DNA of 63,777 bases, the filler included, from Kipferlia bialata (taxonomy: Eukaryota), in assembly GCA_003568945.1 (NCBI GenBank). It is 8 parts of 7 records of this genome, joined end to end, with 100 filler letters (N's around TTAATTAATTAA, not from the genome) between each part and the next. Parts side by side here need not be neighbours in the genome. Positions count along the whole stretch, not along the records: positions 10,418 to 15,086 come from BDIP01001456.1; positions 15,187 to 19,647 come from BDIP01001456.1; positions 19,748 to 30,062 come from BDIP01001457.1; 5 more parts are not named here. One strand, 5' to 3'. The notes beneath the pieces were generated by a model. It was not told where the DNA came from. It searched no databases and was given only the letters and a program-made list of their open reading frames with translations. This document shows, piece by piece, positions 13,962 through 24,843 of this stretch; within the stretch, counting starts at the first letter, position 1, and every line of letters starts with the position of its first letter. Both the position numbers and the translations under genes were made by a program.

Positions 13962-15005
13962 CTACAAGCCACTGTAGAGTGATGCCGAGGGCCTGGGTGC
14001 ATTCCCCCTCCCCCTGCTAGGTACCACCCCGAACCTCTGCTTAGGGAGAGGCCCCTTCCCACGTGCCGACCTGGGTGTATCAGTGACTAGGGAGGCACTA
14101 AGGTCTCCATTAGACCCACCCCTCGACCCCATCCTACTGCCAGTCATAGACCCGCTGCCAAAGGTGCTGCCGTATCCACTGCCACCATACGGACTATGTC
14201 TGGAGGTCACACCCCTGTTCTCGGCCGGATACTCCTCCCTTCCCATAGTCTCAGGGACACCGCCGTTGGGGTTGCGGGACCGCTGCCTCTCCACAGCCGA
14301 GGAGAGCTGAGGGGTGAAAGGGTGTATACAATATAGCCACGACTATCACACACTTATTAATGAAGAGAGAAATATACATACTACCGTACCTGTGAGTGGG
14401 AGGCCCTTCTGAGTGAGGGCGCCGACCCCAGACAGCTCTGGGCAAAGACGTTACGCTCCTCTGCCACCTGTCCCGAGGCATAGTGCCTATCCCCCCTACC
14501 CTGTCTCTGTGGATGGTGTCTGTCTGTCTGTCTGTCTGCTGGCATGGACACTGGCACCATTGGGACAGAGGGGAGTCTGCTCTGCGTCCTACTACTCTCT
14601 CTCTCTCTCTGCCTCCCTCTGTCCCGTCCCCTACTGGGGTATGCAGGCTGATCTGCCTCCAGATACATGGTTAAGGGAGTGGGGGCAGGTCTCTGGCGCC
14701 GGTAGCTGTCTCTGTCTCTCTCCCTCTGAGTGGATGGTACATCTCTGGGCAGGTCTCTCTCTGCCCCCCCCTGCACTCTGTCTAGGGGTCTGGAGGGGGG
14801 TGCCATATCGGCCATGCTCAGCTGGCCCTCTCTCCCTCTCTCTCCCTCTCTCTCCCCTCTGTTGAGTGCACCCATATCCATCTCTGCAGTGCTGGCCACA
14901 TGGGGTGCATTGATGATCTGGTCCACCTCGGCCTGCCTCTCTCTCTCTGCCTCCCTCTCCCTCTCCCTGTCTGCGTCGGTGACAACCGTGTACTGGGGCA
15001 TGATC
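13962..15005 (-). CDS. C-terminal exons of a low-complexity R/E/S/G-rich protein; 5' end off contig
   Basis: ORFs 14381-15001 and 13962-14294 are separated by a GT-AG intron (about 14307-14389). No domain recognised. Confidence 0.6.
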
Positions 15006-15086
15006 TGACGGATGAGGGGGGGGGTATATATAGAGACAGAAGGGGTGTGGTGGGGGAGGGGGGGGGGGGGGGGGGGGCTTAAATAA

Positions 15087-15186
15087 NNNNNNNNNNNNNN
15101 NNNNNNNNNNNNNNNNNNNNNNNNNNNNNNTTAATTAATTAANNNNNNNNNNNNNNNNNNNNNNNNNNNNNNNNNNNNNNNNNNNN
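15087..15186. other. Artificial contig linker
   Basis: N44-TTAATTAATTAA-N44. Confidence 0.98.
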
Positions 15187-15202
15187 GTGGGGGGGGGGTG
15201 GT

Positions 15203-15236
<34 letters not shown>

Positions 15237-15259
15237 GATATATGAGTGAGTGACGTACC

Positions 15260-17080
15260 GAGCCTTCCGTTTCTGGATGCTGCAATCTTTGATGATCTAT
15301 CTATCTATATATATACTATATATCATAAAGATGGGTCCATACCGAGCCTTCCGTTTCTGGATGCTGCAATCTTGTCAAGGGCACCGGCAGAAGCAACGAG
15401 GACCTAAGGAATAAGATATATATATATATATATATATATGTATACAGAGGGAGATAGAAGGAGAGGTGGGGGTATTGGAGTGTAAACATGCACACCTTTC
15501 AGGAGGTCCGCCAGCAGTGAGACACATATCTACAGTATGTCATACTATACATATCATACTATATACTATATACATACACATGTATACCACATACCTTTCT
15601 GTCTGAGTGTGTGAGGAGGTCCACCAGCAGTGGGATACCGTTGCACCTGACCATGACCTGCAGAGTAAGAGGGAGGTATATATGTATGTATATATATATA
15701 CACAATTATACAATGATGTACATATATATGCTCAGCTGAACCCGACCATGACCTGCAGAGTAAGAGGCGGAGACATGTATTCATATACACAATAGCTCAG
15801 GCATAGAGCACATAACAACAGGGGCAGACACTAGCTAAGACTATTTATATAGAGAATATATGTATAGAGATACACACATAACGAGTTGTACCTTTCTGTT
15901 CCTGTGTGACCTTGATGCAAACTGCAGTGCCCGTCCCACCCCAAGGGCAACACCAACCTGCTTGGGGTCGGTGGGGAAGGCAACGGGGGCAGCTGATGGT
16001 GAGAGACCTATGTACAACATAACCATGACTCTTTCCTACCAATATCATACCGTCTGGAAACAACATCACACACACAAGTTACTGGTTACATAGTTACATA
16101 CCCTGTCCCTCTCTCTCGACCCTCTTCTGCTTGCCAACACGGAGGCCCTTGGCTGGGGTGAGGCATAGTATATATACATAATAAAGTATATATAGTATAT
16201 ATCATATGTATGATAGGCCGACTACTCTTCTGCTTGCCAACACGGAGGGTATACACTCCAGGTAGACGTACCAATTGTGAGGAGTGACTGGATTCCATTC
16301 AACCGTCTGAGACGGTGCCTGTTGGGGGCATATCTGGGGGTGAGTTGCTATACACATATGAACACACATATGTAGATATATATATAGAGAGAGAGAGAGA
16401 GAGTGAGGGAGTGAGACCGACATATCTGGGGGTAAGGATGCATACACAGCAACATAGGGAGAGAGAGAGAGAGAGATGGACATACCTACAGGACACAGCG
16501 AGCAGCTCGAGAACGTTGGACAGAAGCTCTGGGTCCTGGGGTCAGTAAGGGAAGAAGTGAGTGGACACATACACACAATATGTAAGAAAAATGTCCTGAA
16601 ACAAGGAAAAATAAGCATATCCATTTATATATTTATATGTTTAGACAAGACCAACCCCCTTATCTTACAAACACCTGTATCTCAATATACCTTGTTGTCC
16701 AGCATGACAATGGCCACATTGACACCATCAGAGTCACCTGAGGTGAGAGGGGTATATACACACATATATATCTATCACTCTATATCAATATAGAGAGAGA
16801 TTGTCATATACAACATTGACACCATCGGTGTCACCTGGGGGGGTGAGAAGGGTGTATAGATACGAAGAGAGAGTGAGAGAGTGGAGGATGGGGGGGGGGG
16901 GGGGGGGGGGGGGATACCTTGAGACACTGTCTAGAAACAGGTCTGTGAGTATGCTGTACAGGGCATGTGTGGTGGGCCTGGCGTTGGAGAGAAAGAGGTG
17001 GGAGATTGGGTGTGGGTCACATACACAAAGGGCAGTCCCAGGTAAACACAGAGTATATTATACCTCGGCTGCAGATACAT
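15260..17080 (-). CDS. Armadillo-repeat-like protein, 5' part; truncated by contig end, first exons uncertain
   Basis: Exons DPELLSNVLELLAVSC/RYAPNRHRLRRLNGIQSLL, VMVRCNGIPLLVDLLTL and VLVASAGALDKIAASRNG show the ARM-type GGIPxLVxLL and AAGALxxLA patterns. Confidence 0.65.
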
Positions 17081-17407
17081 GGCTCACTGGAGTCCCCAAG
17101 GAGCCCTGCAGCACCGGCCAAAGAAAGAGTGATTGAGTGTTACCAGCAGAAGTTGACTGAGGAAAGTCTGTGCAAGGAGAGAGCACTCAACCCTTTGGCG
17201 TTTTTGTTACACTTCAACTCGCGAAAAGCAACGTCACAGTGACTTAGGCCTCCTTCATAGCACCTATTATTGCACTAGGTGGTCTATTCACCATTGTTGG
17301 AGTGGCTTGTGACTTGTACACTTAGTGAGGATTGAGTGTCAACTGGGAGAGTGAGAGTAGTTGTAACCAAGGGAGAAAGAGAAAGGTAGAGAGAGAGAGA
17401 GAGAGAG

Positions 17408-18510
17408 ATGATCCAGACCCTGCTGTCGTCTGTGCTGCAGCAGCTCAGGACACTCAGAAGAGATATGGTGAGTATACGGGTATTGATATGTGGAGTACCC
17501 CATCATTGGGGTAAGTGTGGTATACTCGTCATGGTGACACTTTTCACCCCTCTCTCTCTCTCTCTCCCTCTGACCCCAGCTTGTGTTCCAGATCCTCAAG
17601 ATCCTGATGATCGTGACATCCGGCCTAACCATGTGGCACTTCCTCAAGGTAAGCACATATGTGTATATAGGTACCCACGTACTCTAGCTACCCACCCTCA
17701 CTATATGTACCTGTGTCACTCTCCCTACCCCCTAGGTTGCTGCCAACAACGACAGTCCCGTGGTGGTTGTGCTGTCTGGGTCCATGGAGCCTGGGTTCCA
17801 CAGGGGGGACCTGCTCCTGCTGGCTCACAAGGTATGTATATGTGTGTGTATACAGACCCTGTGTCTCGCTACACTTCTAGTGTTATCGCCCCCTGTCTGT
17901 AGTCTAGAACGTACTCAACTTCCCTACACCCTCGCTGACACCAGGACCCCAATGACATGGAGATTGGCGATGTTGTGGTCTACAACCTCGAGGGCAAGAT
18001 GATCCCCATCGTGCACAGGTATAGTCGCTCTCCTTTCATCTCCATGTGTGGATAGGATGACCTGAGGATCCCACCCATCTCTCCCCCTCCTACCCCCCCC
18101 CTTCTGACCCCCAGGATTCACCGCATCATTGAGGGCGAGGAGGAGTGGGAGGACAGAGAGTTCCTGACAAAGGTATGGTGCTAGTGATGGCATACTTCCC
18201 ACTATACTATGATTGACATCTGACCCCCAGGGCGATGCCAACCAGGAGTATGACACGTGGCTGTACACCACAGGCAATGAGTACCTGGCTGCCAAGGACG
18301 TGGTGGGCACGGTCAGGGCATACTTCCCGGGTCTAGGTATGGGAGAAGACGCATACATAGAGAGACCCCTCTCATCTTCTTCTCTTCTCTCTCTCTCCCC
18401 TTCTCCCAATCCCAGGTTATGCCACCATTCTGATGAATGAGCACCCCTGGGCCAGGAATGTACTGTTTGGCTTCCTGGGTCTGCTGGCCCTGCTGGGGCA
18501 CGATGACTAG
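17408..18510 (+). CDS. SEC11: Signal peptidase complex catalytic subunit SEC11 (S26B)
   Basis: 7 exons. Motifs [21 protein letters not shown] (catalytic Ser), [18 protein letters not shown] (His), FLTKGDAN and [17 protein letters not shown]. Stop at 18508-18510. Confidence 0.97.
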
Positions 18511-18825
18511 AGTAGAGGCACACTCGCATGATGATTTGCCATTGAGGAATAGGGTAGAATATGAACAATAGACGTTGAATGACGCATCGTTAGTAAGTCC
18601 AAAATCATACAACAATTGACACACTGCGGTTGATCTAATTGAGGTTGTCTAGAAGCTAATGACTTCTAAGTGGATGGGACGTGACAAACAATGTCACACG
18701 TTGCCAAACAGCAACCCAAGTCCCAAGGCTAACGTGGTATCTCTCCCTCTGGAGTCTAGAGGATGTGTACTATGTAGTCCACGACTACATATATATGGAC
18801 AGTAGTCATACACATAGGCATGTGA

Positions 18826-19589
18826 CTACTGCACCTCGTCCACATAGGAATGTAGCTCCGCTAGCAGGGCCTCCAGCCGCATGGGCTTAGAGTTACCCAC
18901 CCCGCCTCGGGCCTCTCTGAACGACTCTCCCTCCATGTCGGCTCTCTTGAGTGACCCCCTCTCGCTGCTGTCCCTCTCAGCCTGGGTCTCTCTCTCCCCC
19001 TCCACTCCCTCATCCATAGACAGGTTCTGCAGTCTTTCCCTCTCTCTCTCCCTCTCCTCACTCCTCTCGCGCTGTCTCTCTGAGAGGAGGTCAGCCACGG
19101 AGAACAGCTTGCTCTCCCCCTTGAAGCAGGGGGCCTCCTCCTGCTCCCCCTCCCCCTCTCTCTCTGCCTCTCCCTCTGCACTGAGCCCCTCCCCCCTCAT
19201 GCTGGCTGCCAGGCTGTCTCTGTACACCCTCTCCACCTCTCTGTCCCTGTCCCGGAGGGTGGCGCTGAAGGGGTCGCCGGCACCAAGGACAGCGGACACC
19301 TGGGGGTGAGGGAGGAAGAGAGTATGGAGAGAGAGAGATACATATACAGAGTGTAGTGAATACATCCACGATGTCATACCTTGAGGTTGTGCTCCCTCCT
19401 CCTGCTGGCCGTGGTGGGGGCCTGGGGTGGGGGATGATAGGAAGAGGATATATAGGTATGTGTATACACATATACATACATATATATACATGTTGATGTC
19501 CTACCTCAGATGGGACCGGTCTGGACAGGGTGTGTACCCGTCTGTCCAGTCTGCCTGCCAGCATCATCTGCTCCTTGGTGTCACTCTTC
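18826..19589 (-). CDS. C-terminal exons of a hypothetical E/R-rich protein; 5' end off contig
   Basis: Exons EESDTKEQMMLAGRLDRRVHTLSRPVPSE / APTTASRRREHNLK / VSAVLGAGDPF...YVDEVQ* with CTCAC/CCCAC-CCCAG acceptors. Confidence 0.6.
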
Positions 19590-19595
19590 CTAGGG

Positions 19596-19627
<32 letters not shown>

Positions 19628-19647
19628 AAAAAAACAAAGAAAAAAAC

Positions 19648-19747
19648 NNNNNNNNNNNNNNNNNNNNNNNNNNNNNNNNNNNNNNNNNNNNTTAATTAAT
19701 TAANNNNNNNNNNNNNNNNNNNNNNNNNNNNNNNNNNNNNNNNNNNN
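19648..19747. other. Artificial contig linker
   Basis: N44-TTAATTAATTAA-N44. Confidence 0.98.
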
Positions 19748-19766
19748 GGGGGGGGGGGGGGGGGGG

Positions 19767-19802
<36 letters not shown>

Positions 19803-19811
19803 AGGAGATAC

Positions 19812-20965
19812 ATGACCACGTACCAATCTGGACGTGGGAAAGGGGGGATGGAATAGAGTGCTGAGATACAGAAGGTGGAAAATAAAAAATGACCCCCACA
19901 TAGAGACTCAGAAAGAGAGGAGGAAGATGGGGAGGGGAAAGGGGGGGGGGGGTATGGTAGCCTGTGCGAAAAGAGCATACTTCTTACTAAACAACCCCTG
20001 TGGATTGCGTATATATATACGTGGTACGCGTAGGGCAGAGTGACAGTGACACTGGCTGAGGGTAGTGTACAGAAAGAGATATGCATACCTAGCACTCATG
20101 ACATCGCCTCCCTTGTACGATACGAGGTACTCGACATCCTGGGGTGAGGGGGTGGGGTGGGATATGTGGGGTAGGAGGTGGAAAGAGTAGAACCAAACAC
20201 GATATGACCAACGAGTGTGCACAGAGGGAAGTAGATGGTTGGTGTAGTAGCACTCGACGATATGGCTAGATGCATCACCACAGTGCATATATAGCCACAA
20301 TAGTACACTCAGATGCATAGAGAGAGAGATATGTGCCCTGACCTGTCCCTGTAGCAGCAGTGCCAGCCTCTGCCTCTGGGGCAGGTCTGCCTCCTCCACA
20401 CACACCCTGTGCCCCAGGATGGCATCCGTGGAGGCCATGTCTACGTCAGGCCTGGGCCAGGGGTGCCTGTCGAGGTAGAGGGATGCCCTGGGGAAGTGCC
20501 CCTTGTACTCCAGGGTGTCTGTGTCCACAAGGGCAGGGTCTATGGGGGCAGGGGGGGCGTCAGAGTCAGAGTCAGACACAGACTCCTCGTCGGTCGTGTC
20601 CCCATACTGGTCCTCCTGTATCCGGGGTGCCCTGCGCCGTGCCCCCTTCTCCCTGTACTCACCCTCACTATCCTCATCGTCCCTCTTCATCACAGGCCGT
20701 CTGCCCTTCCCTCCCTGCCGCCTGGGGGCCCGCCTGGGCTTGGGAGGCGGAGATGGCTCGGGCTCGAAGGGGGAGGGGGACCGCTGCTCTGGTTCGGAGT
20801 CTTCGTAGAGGGCGGCGTAGTTTACCCTCTTCCGGCTCCTCAGACCCATTGCGGATCGGATGGCCTCACCTGGGGTTATACGCACGCACACACACACAGC
20901 AACTATAAGAAACACCCAATCTCATCATATAGCATGATACGGCACCACATTCCCATACCATCCAT
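19812..20965 (-). CDS. CHD-like chromodomain protein, N-terminus; truncated by contig end
   Basis: MDGEAIRSAMGLRSRKRVNYAALYEDSE (CHD1-like RxxVNYxE motif) and acidic S/D tracts. These are followed by DAILGHR...DVEYLVSYKGGD, resembling a chromodomain (ExILxxR...EYLVKWKG). Confidence 0.55.
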
Positions 20966-21043
20966 GCTGCAATTCAGACTCTAAGGCAGTAAGAAGGCAC
21001 ACATCAAGAACAGAAGAATACAATATTTATGTTTTTGCGGGGG

Positions 21044-21892
21044 CTAATGAACAGACTCTGACTCCGTATATGGCCCAGCTGGGATGACAGAGGACGGCTC
21101 CACAGGTAGAGCCGCGGTCCCCGAGTCGTCTGGGGTGTCTGGGTCCTGCAGGGCCTTGTCCCCCTCGGGGGTTGGCTCCCTATACTCACCCTCCACCCTC
21201 ATCACAGACACCTCCTTGCGAGGGGGGGCAGTGTCGGTGGAGGCTGTGTGTGGGGACGACCCCTGCACACGGGTGGTGGTGCTGGCTGGGCCTCTGGACC
21301 GGGACCGCCTCCCTCTAGCCGGGGGCCGTGCCATGCCACCAGGCTCCTGCATGGCCTGGGGCGGCATGGAGGCAATGAAGGGGGTGGGGGCAGAGGGCGC
21401 AGGGCGCTGGGAGGCCACAGCTCCCACAGTGCGAGACAGGGCACTGACAGTGTGCTCAAGAGAGTATATGCGGCCTATCAAGGCGTCTAGGGTGCCACTC
21501 ATCCTGTTGATAGTATCCATAGAGGCAGCGCTAACACGACCACCGGTCCCGCTACCCATCTGTAACGGCCGTGGGGAGATACCGGAGTATGTAGGAGCCC
21601 TAGCCGAGCTGTGATAAGAGGGCTGGGGGTAGGCGTCACGGCTGGTGGGGGTGAATTGGGACACTGGGACATGGTCCACCTCTCTATACTTCATGGGGCT
21701 TGCCCCAGTGGCAACTGGAGTGGTAACTGACCCCAACAGACGCCTGGAAAGCCTCTGGCTAAACATGGAGAGGCTCTTCGGCTTGGAATTCGTACTTGTC
21801 GCCCATCCTGACGTCTTCCCGGCTCTTGGAGAAGGGGTATCCAAGAACCGAGAGACTTCCATCGATATCTGCTGTGCAGACATGTCTGACAT
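21044..21892 (-). CDS. Intronless disordered S/P/T-rich hypothetical protein with a short coiled coil
   Basis: Open frame of about 280 aa from MSDMSAQQ; central heptad segment MSGTLDALIGRIYSLEHTVSALSRTV. Confidence 0.6.
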   Translation of the reverse strand: MSDMSAQQISMEVSRFLDTPSPRAGKTSGWATSTNSKPKSLSMFSQRLSRRLLGSVTTPVATGASPMKYREVDHVPVSQFTPTSRDAYPQPSYHSSARAPTYSGISPRPLQMGSGTGGRVSAASMDTINRMSGTLDALIGRIYSLEHTVSALSRTVGAVASQRPAPSAPTPFIASMPPQAMQEPGGMARPPARGRRSRSRGPASTTTRVQGSSPHTASTDTAPPRKEVSVMRVEGEYREPTPEGDKALQDPDTPDDSGTAALPVEPSSVIPAGPYTESESVH

Positions 21893-22926
21893 GGGAAATT
21901 GGAGGCTGAGAGGCGCGGAGCCCTTTGAAAGGACGGTTTTGACACTGATATTGAGTCTCAAGAATCGAGGCAAAAAATGTGGTCCAAGGGTGTAGCCAGG
22001 TGGCTGTGGCACAGCCGCTGTGCATCATGAAGCACTCGACAACCTCACGGATCCCGCTTATATATATATGGTTGCTTCACTCCATTGAACCCAATAATGA
22101 GGTGGGATATATAAACACACAACTACAGAGAGTGATATGCTAATAGCTTCTTTGTATGAGGTATTCCCCTATGAACACTAGGCCTATTTGGGGAATCATT
22201 GATTCTAAAGGCATGCATATTCGTAATATACTTGTATCAGTATCGACATAAGTATTATATGACCGATGCACTCACATGATATTGTACTAACCCGTTCAAA
22301 ATGTCAAAAGACTGACACATCCTTCCACTCCGGTTCTTTAATAAACAACTCCTTGGTCCGGACACTAAGCCTAGAGTGAGCAAAGGAGTCAAGAATATAC
22401 TTGTGGCTTCACAGTAGCTCAGCGTTTTAAAGGTAGACTAGGTTTTCAACATTGTAGCACGTATCATGAGTAGCAGACATAACAGACCCACGAAAACCGT
22501 AGGAGAAGTCAGCCCACAAACTCAATCTCACACTTTTCCGTCAAATGCCTGTATCATCACCGCTACTGTAAAGCCTCAACAACTTGATACAAGTTCATAC
22601 CTTACTCAGATGGCAAGAGAGGCATAGACAGTGACGTTCTTACAGATACGTTATTGGAGCATCCACCAAAGTGAGCAAAAACATTGTTTATTGACATGAA
22701 AAACTATAGTACCTAACCCTTTTGTATGCAGGCTACTCGATTTGAAACCTCATTTCGACCTTGTTTTCACTTGATACCCTCTCTTCTCCAAAGCTGATAG
22801 CCTAGCTATGTGAATCGTATACTATCCCATGTATACTGTGGGCATCATGTGAATCGATGCCTAGTAGTACTCCATGATGTTGATGTGTAGTGAGTGAGCC
22901 AGTCCTCCTGGTGTCCCTGTCTGGGC

Positions 22927-24576
22927 ATGCTGGTGCACTATGAGATAGTGCTCCCGTTCTCAGTGGATGAGGTTCACAGAGGTCACGCTTACATGGTATG
23001 TATGATTCCCAATGTATAATGTAGAATCAGGTCAGATATAGACATCATATATAGGTATACTGGCATACTGTATTCTAGAACCTGACATTCAGGTTGCCCG
23101 TGCCAGTCTGGACGACTCCACCCGGTCTGAAGGCATGGAACCCTTTCTCGACGTACCCCTTGACCCAGGGGCAGATGGGCAGGAGAGACACTGGACATTC
23201 AAGGTACACCCATAGTGATATTGGACAATACACATAGTTAGTATTTGCCTCGCTTCCCTCGCCAGGTTGTGCACTTAGGCCAGTCTATTCCCAGCTGGAT
23301 CCTGGCCCTGCTCCCATACCCTGCCACTCTGCTCTATGAGACTGCCCTCTGGTCACGTACAACAATGCAGACCGAGTACGCCTCCCCCTACTTCGGTGAC
23401 AAGCTGCACTTCACAATTGACACAGTAGTCCTGCCTGGGAGGGGTGGTATCCCCAACCCATTCAGCCTGGGGCAGGAGGACCTTGACCAGGTGCACCTAT
23501 TCATGGCTGGTTGACATAACTACATTTATCTGGCATATGTTGTGTGAAATAACTGATAGCAGGTCAGACGTCTTCAGTGCGACATCAGAGACACAAAGGT
23601 GGGGTGGGATGCTTCTATAGAACATACCCACTTGGTGGGCCACTAGGTGTCCTATAGTGTCTAGCATATACACCTGTGTGTCAGAGATGTGCTTGTAAAG
23701 GTGAGAATAACCGCAGATGGGAACCTTCCGTCCCTCAACCCACACATTCTCCTGCCCCGACTTGAGTGAGAGGGGTCCCTTATCAAAGGGGTGGGCAGAG
23801 ACCTGCACACCTGTATGTACAGTACACAAGGTATGACAATATCAATACGGCACACTAGCATCTATCATTCTTGCTACTCATGTCACATGGTTCATGTGTT
23901 ACCCCCTAGCTCCTACGGTTCCAGTTTGAGCGTGTCCCCTTTGCCTCTCTTGCCAAGCGTCTACTGAGACAGGGCCTGCACAAGAACTTCACACTGTACT
24001 GTGCAAAGCTGTACTGCTGGTGAGTGATACAGGGCGGGATTGTCACTAGCTCGAGCTCATAACGATATATACTCCTGCTACAAGCAATTGGCTTGTAACA
24101 AGGCAACCAACCTCTGGCGCCAATGAGTGCCACACAATGTCTGATACCCTGTATACCAACAGTATACACGATTACATCTTTATGTATTCCTTACCCCAGG
24201 GCCGATGAGTGGCACCCCATGTCTGATGCAGAGGTTGATGAGTATGTGGTCACAGCACACCAGGCACTGACGGCACAGTGGCAGGTGCTACTATACAGAG
24301 ATACATATACTAATACATACTCATGTAGACGTATAATACACGCCTGTAAAGGGTTTCTACTCATAGGTGTATTCATGCATTCATTTCTCTGATCTTCAGG
24401 CCCACTACGAGAAGCATGGCAAGACAGCACCCACTGTACCCGACGAGGTCTTGGTTAGGAGTGATGCTGTAGGGTGTCATCTAGAGGGGTGGGAGGAGAG
24501 AGAGGGAGATAGAGAGGAGGCAGCAGGTGTGGGCAGGGAGAACTCTTCACTGGGCGACATGAGTCAGGAGGAATAG
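22927..24576 (+). CDS. Phosphatidylinositol transfer protein (START-like PITP alpha/beta family)
   Basis: MLVHYEIVLPFSVDEVHRGHAYM (cf. EYRIVLPLTVEEY), VVHLGQSIPSWILALLP, RGPLSKGW...CTVHKLL and KLYCWADEWHPMSDAEV (cf. LFCWIDEW). Confidence 0.9.
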
Positions 24577-24843
24577 AGCTGCAAAGAGTTTACTCGGTAC
24601 CAATTGCGACAAGACCGCTCTATTAGCTGATGAATACCACACATATACTCTACAAGTACAATACTCTACCACTACCCTAAGAAGCCCTTCCACTCATTAT
24701 GGGCTCACAGATATCTATTCGAAACCAAACGTTTAACGATGATTGTCATTGTATGACTAGTAGAATGTCGAGTTGAAATATGCAACTCCCACTCCTACAT
24801 GCTGAGTCAGTGACTGACCACTACTAAGGTAGTAGTCCCTCAG

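Noticed and set aside
19530..19570. GRLDRRV as an AAA+ arginine-finger motif
   Set aside because: Context lacks the other AAA motifs and the upstream part is off-contig; insufficient support.
20360..21995. Long antisense ORFs overlapping minus-strand genes
   Set aside because: Expected shadows of GC-rich coding exons; no independent motifs.
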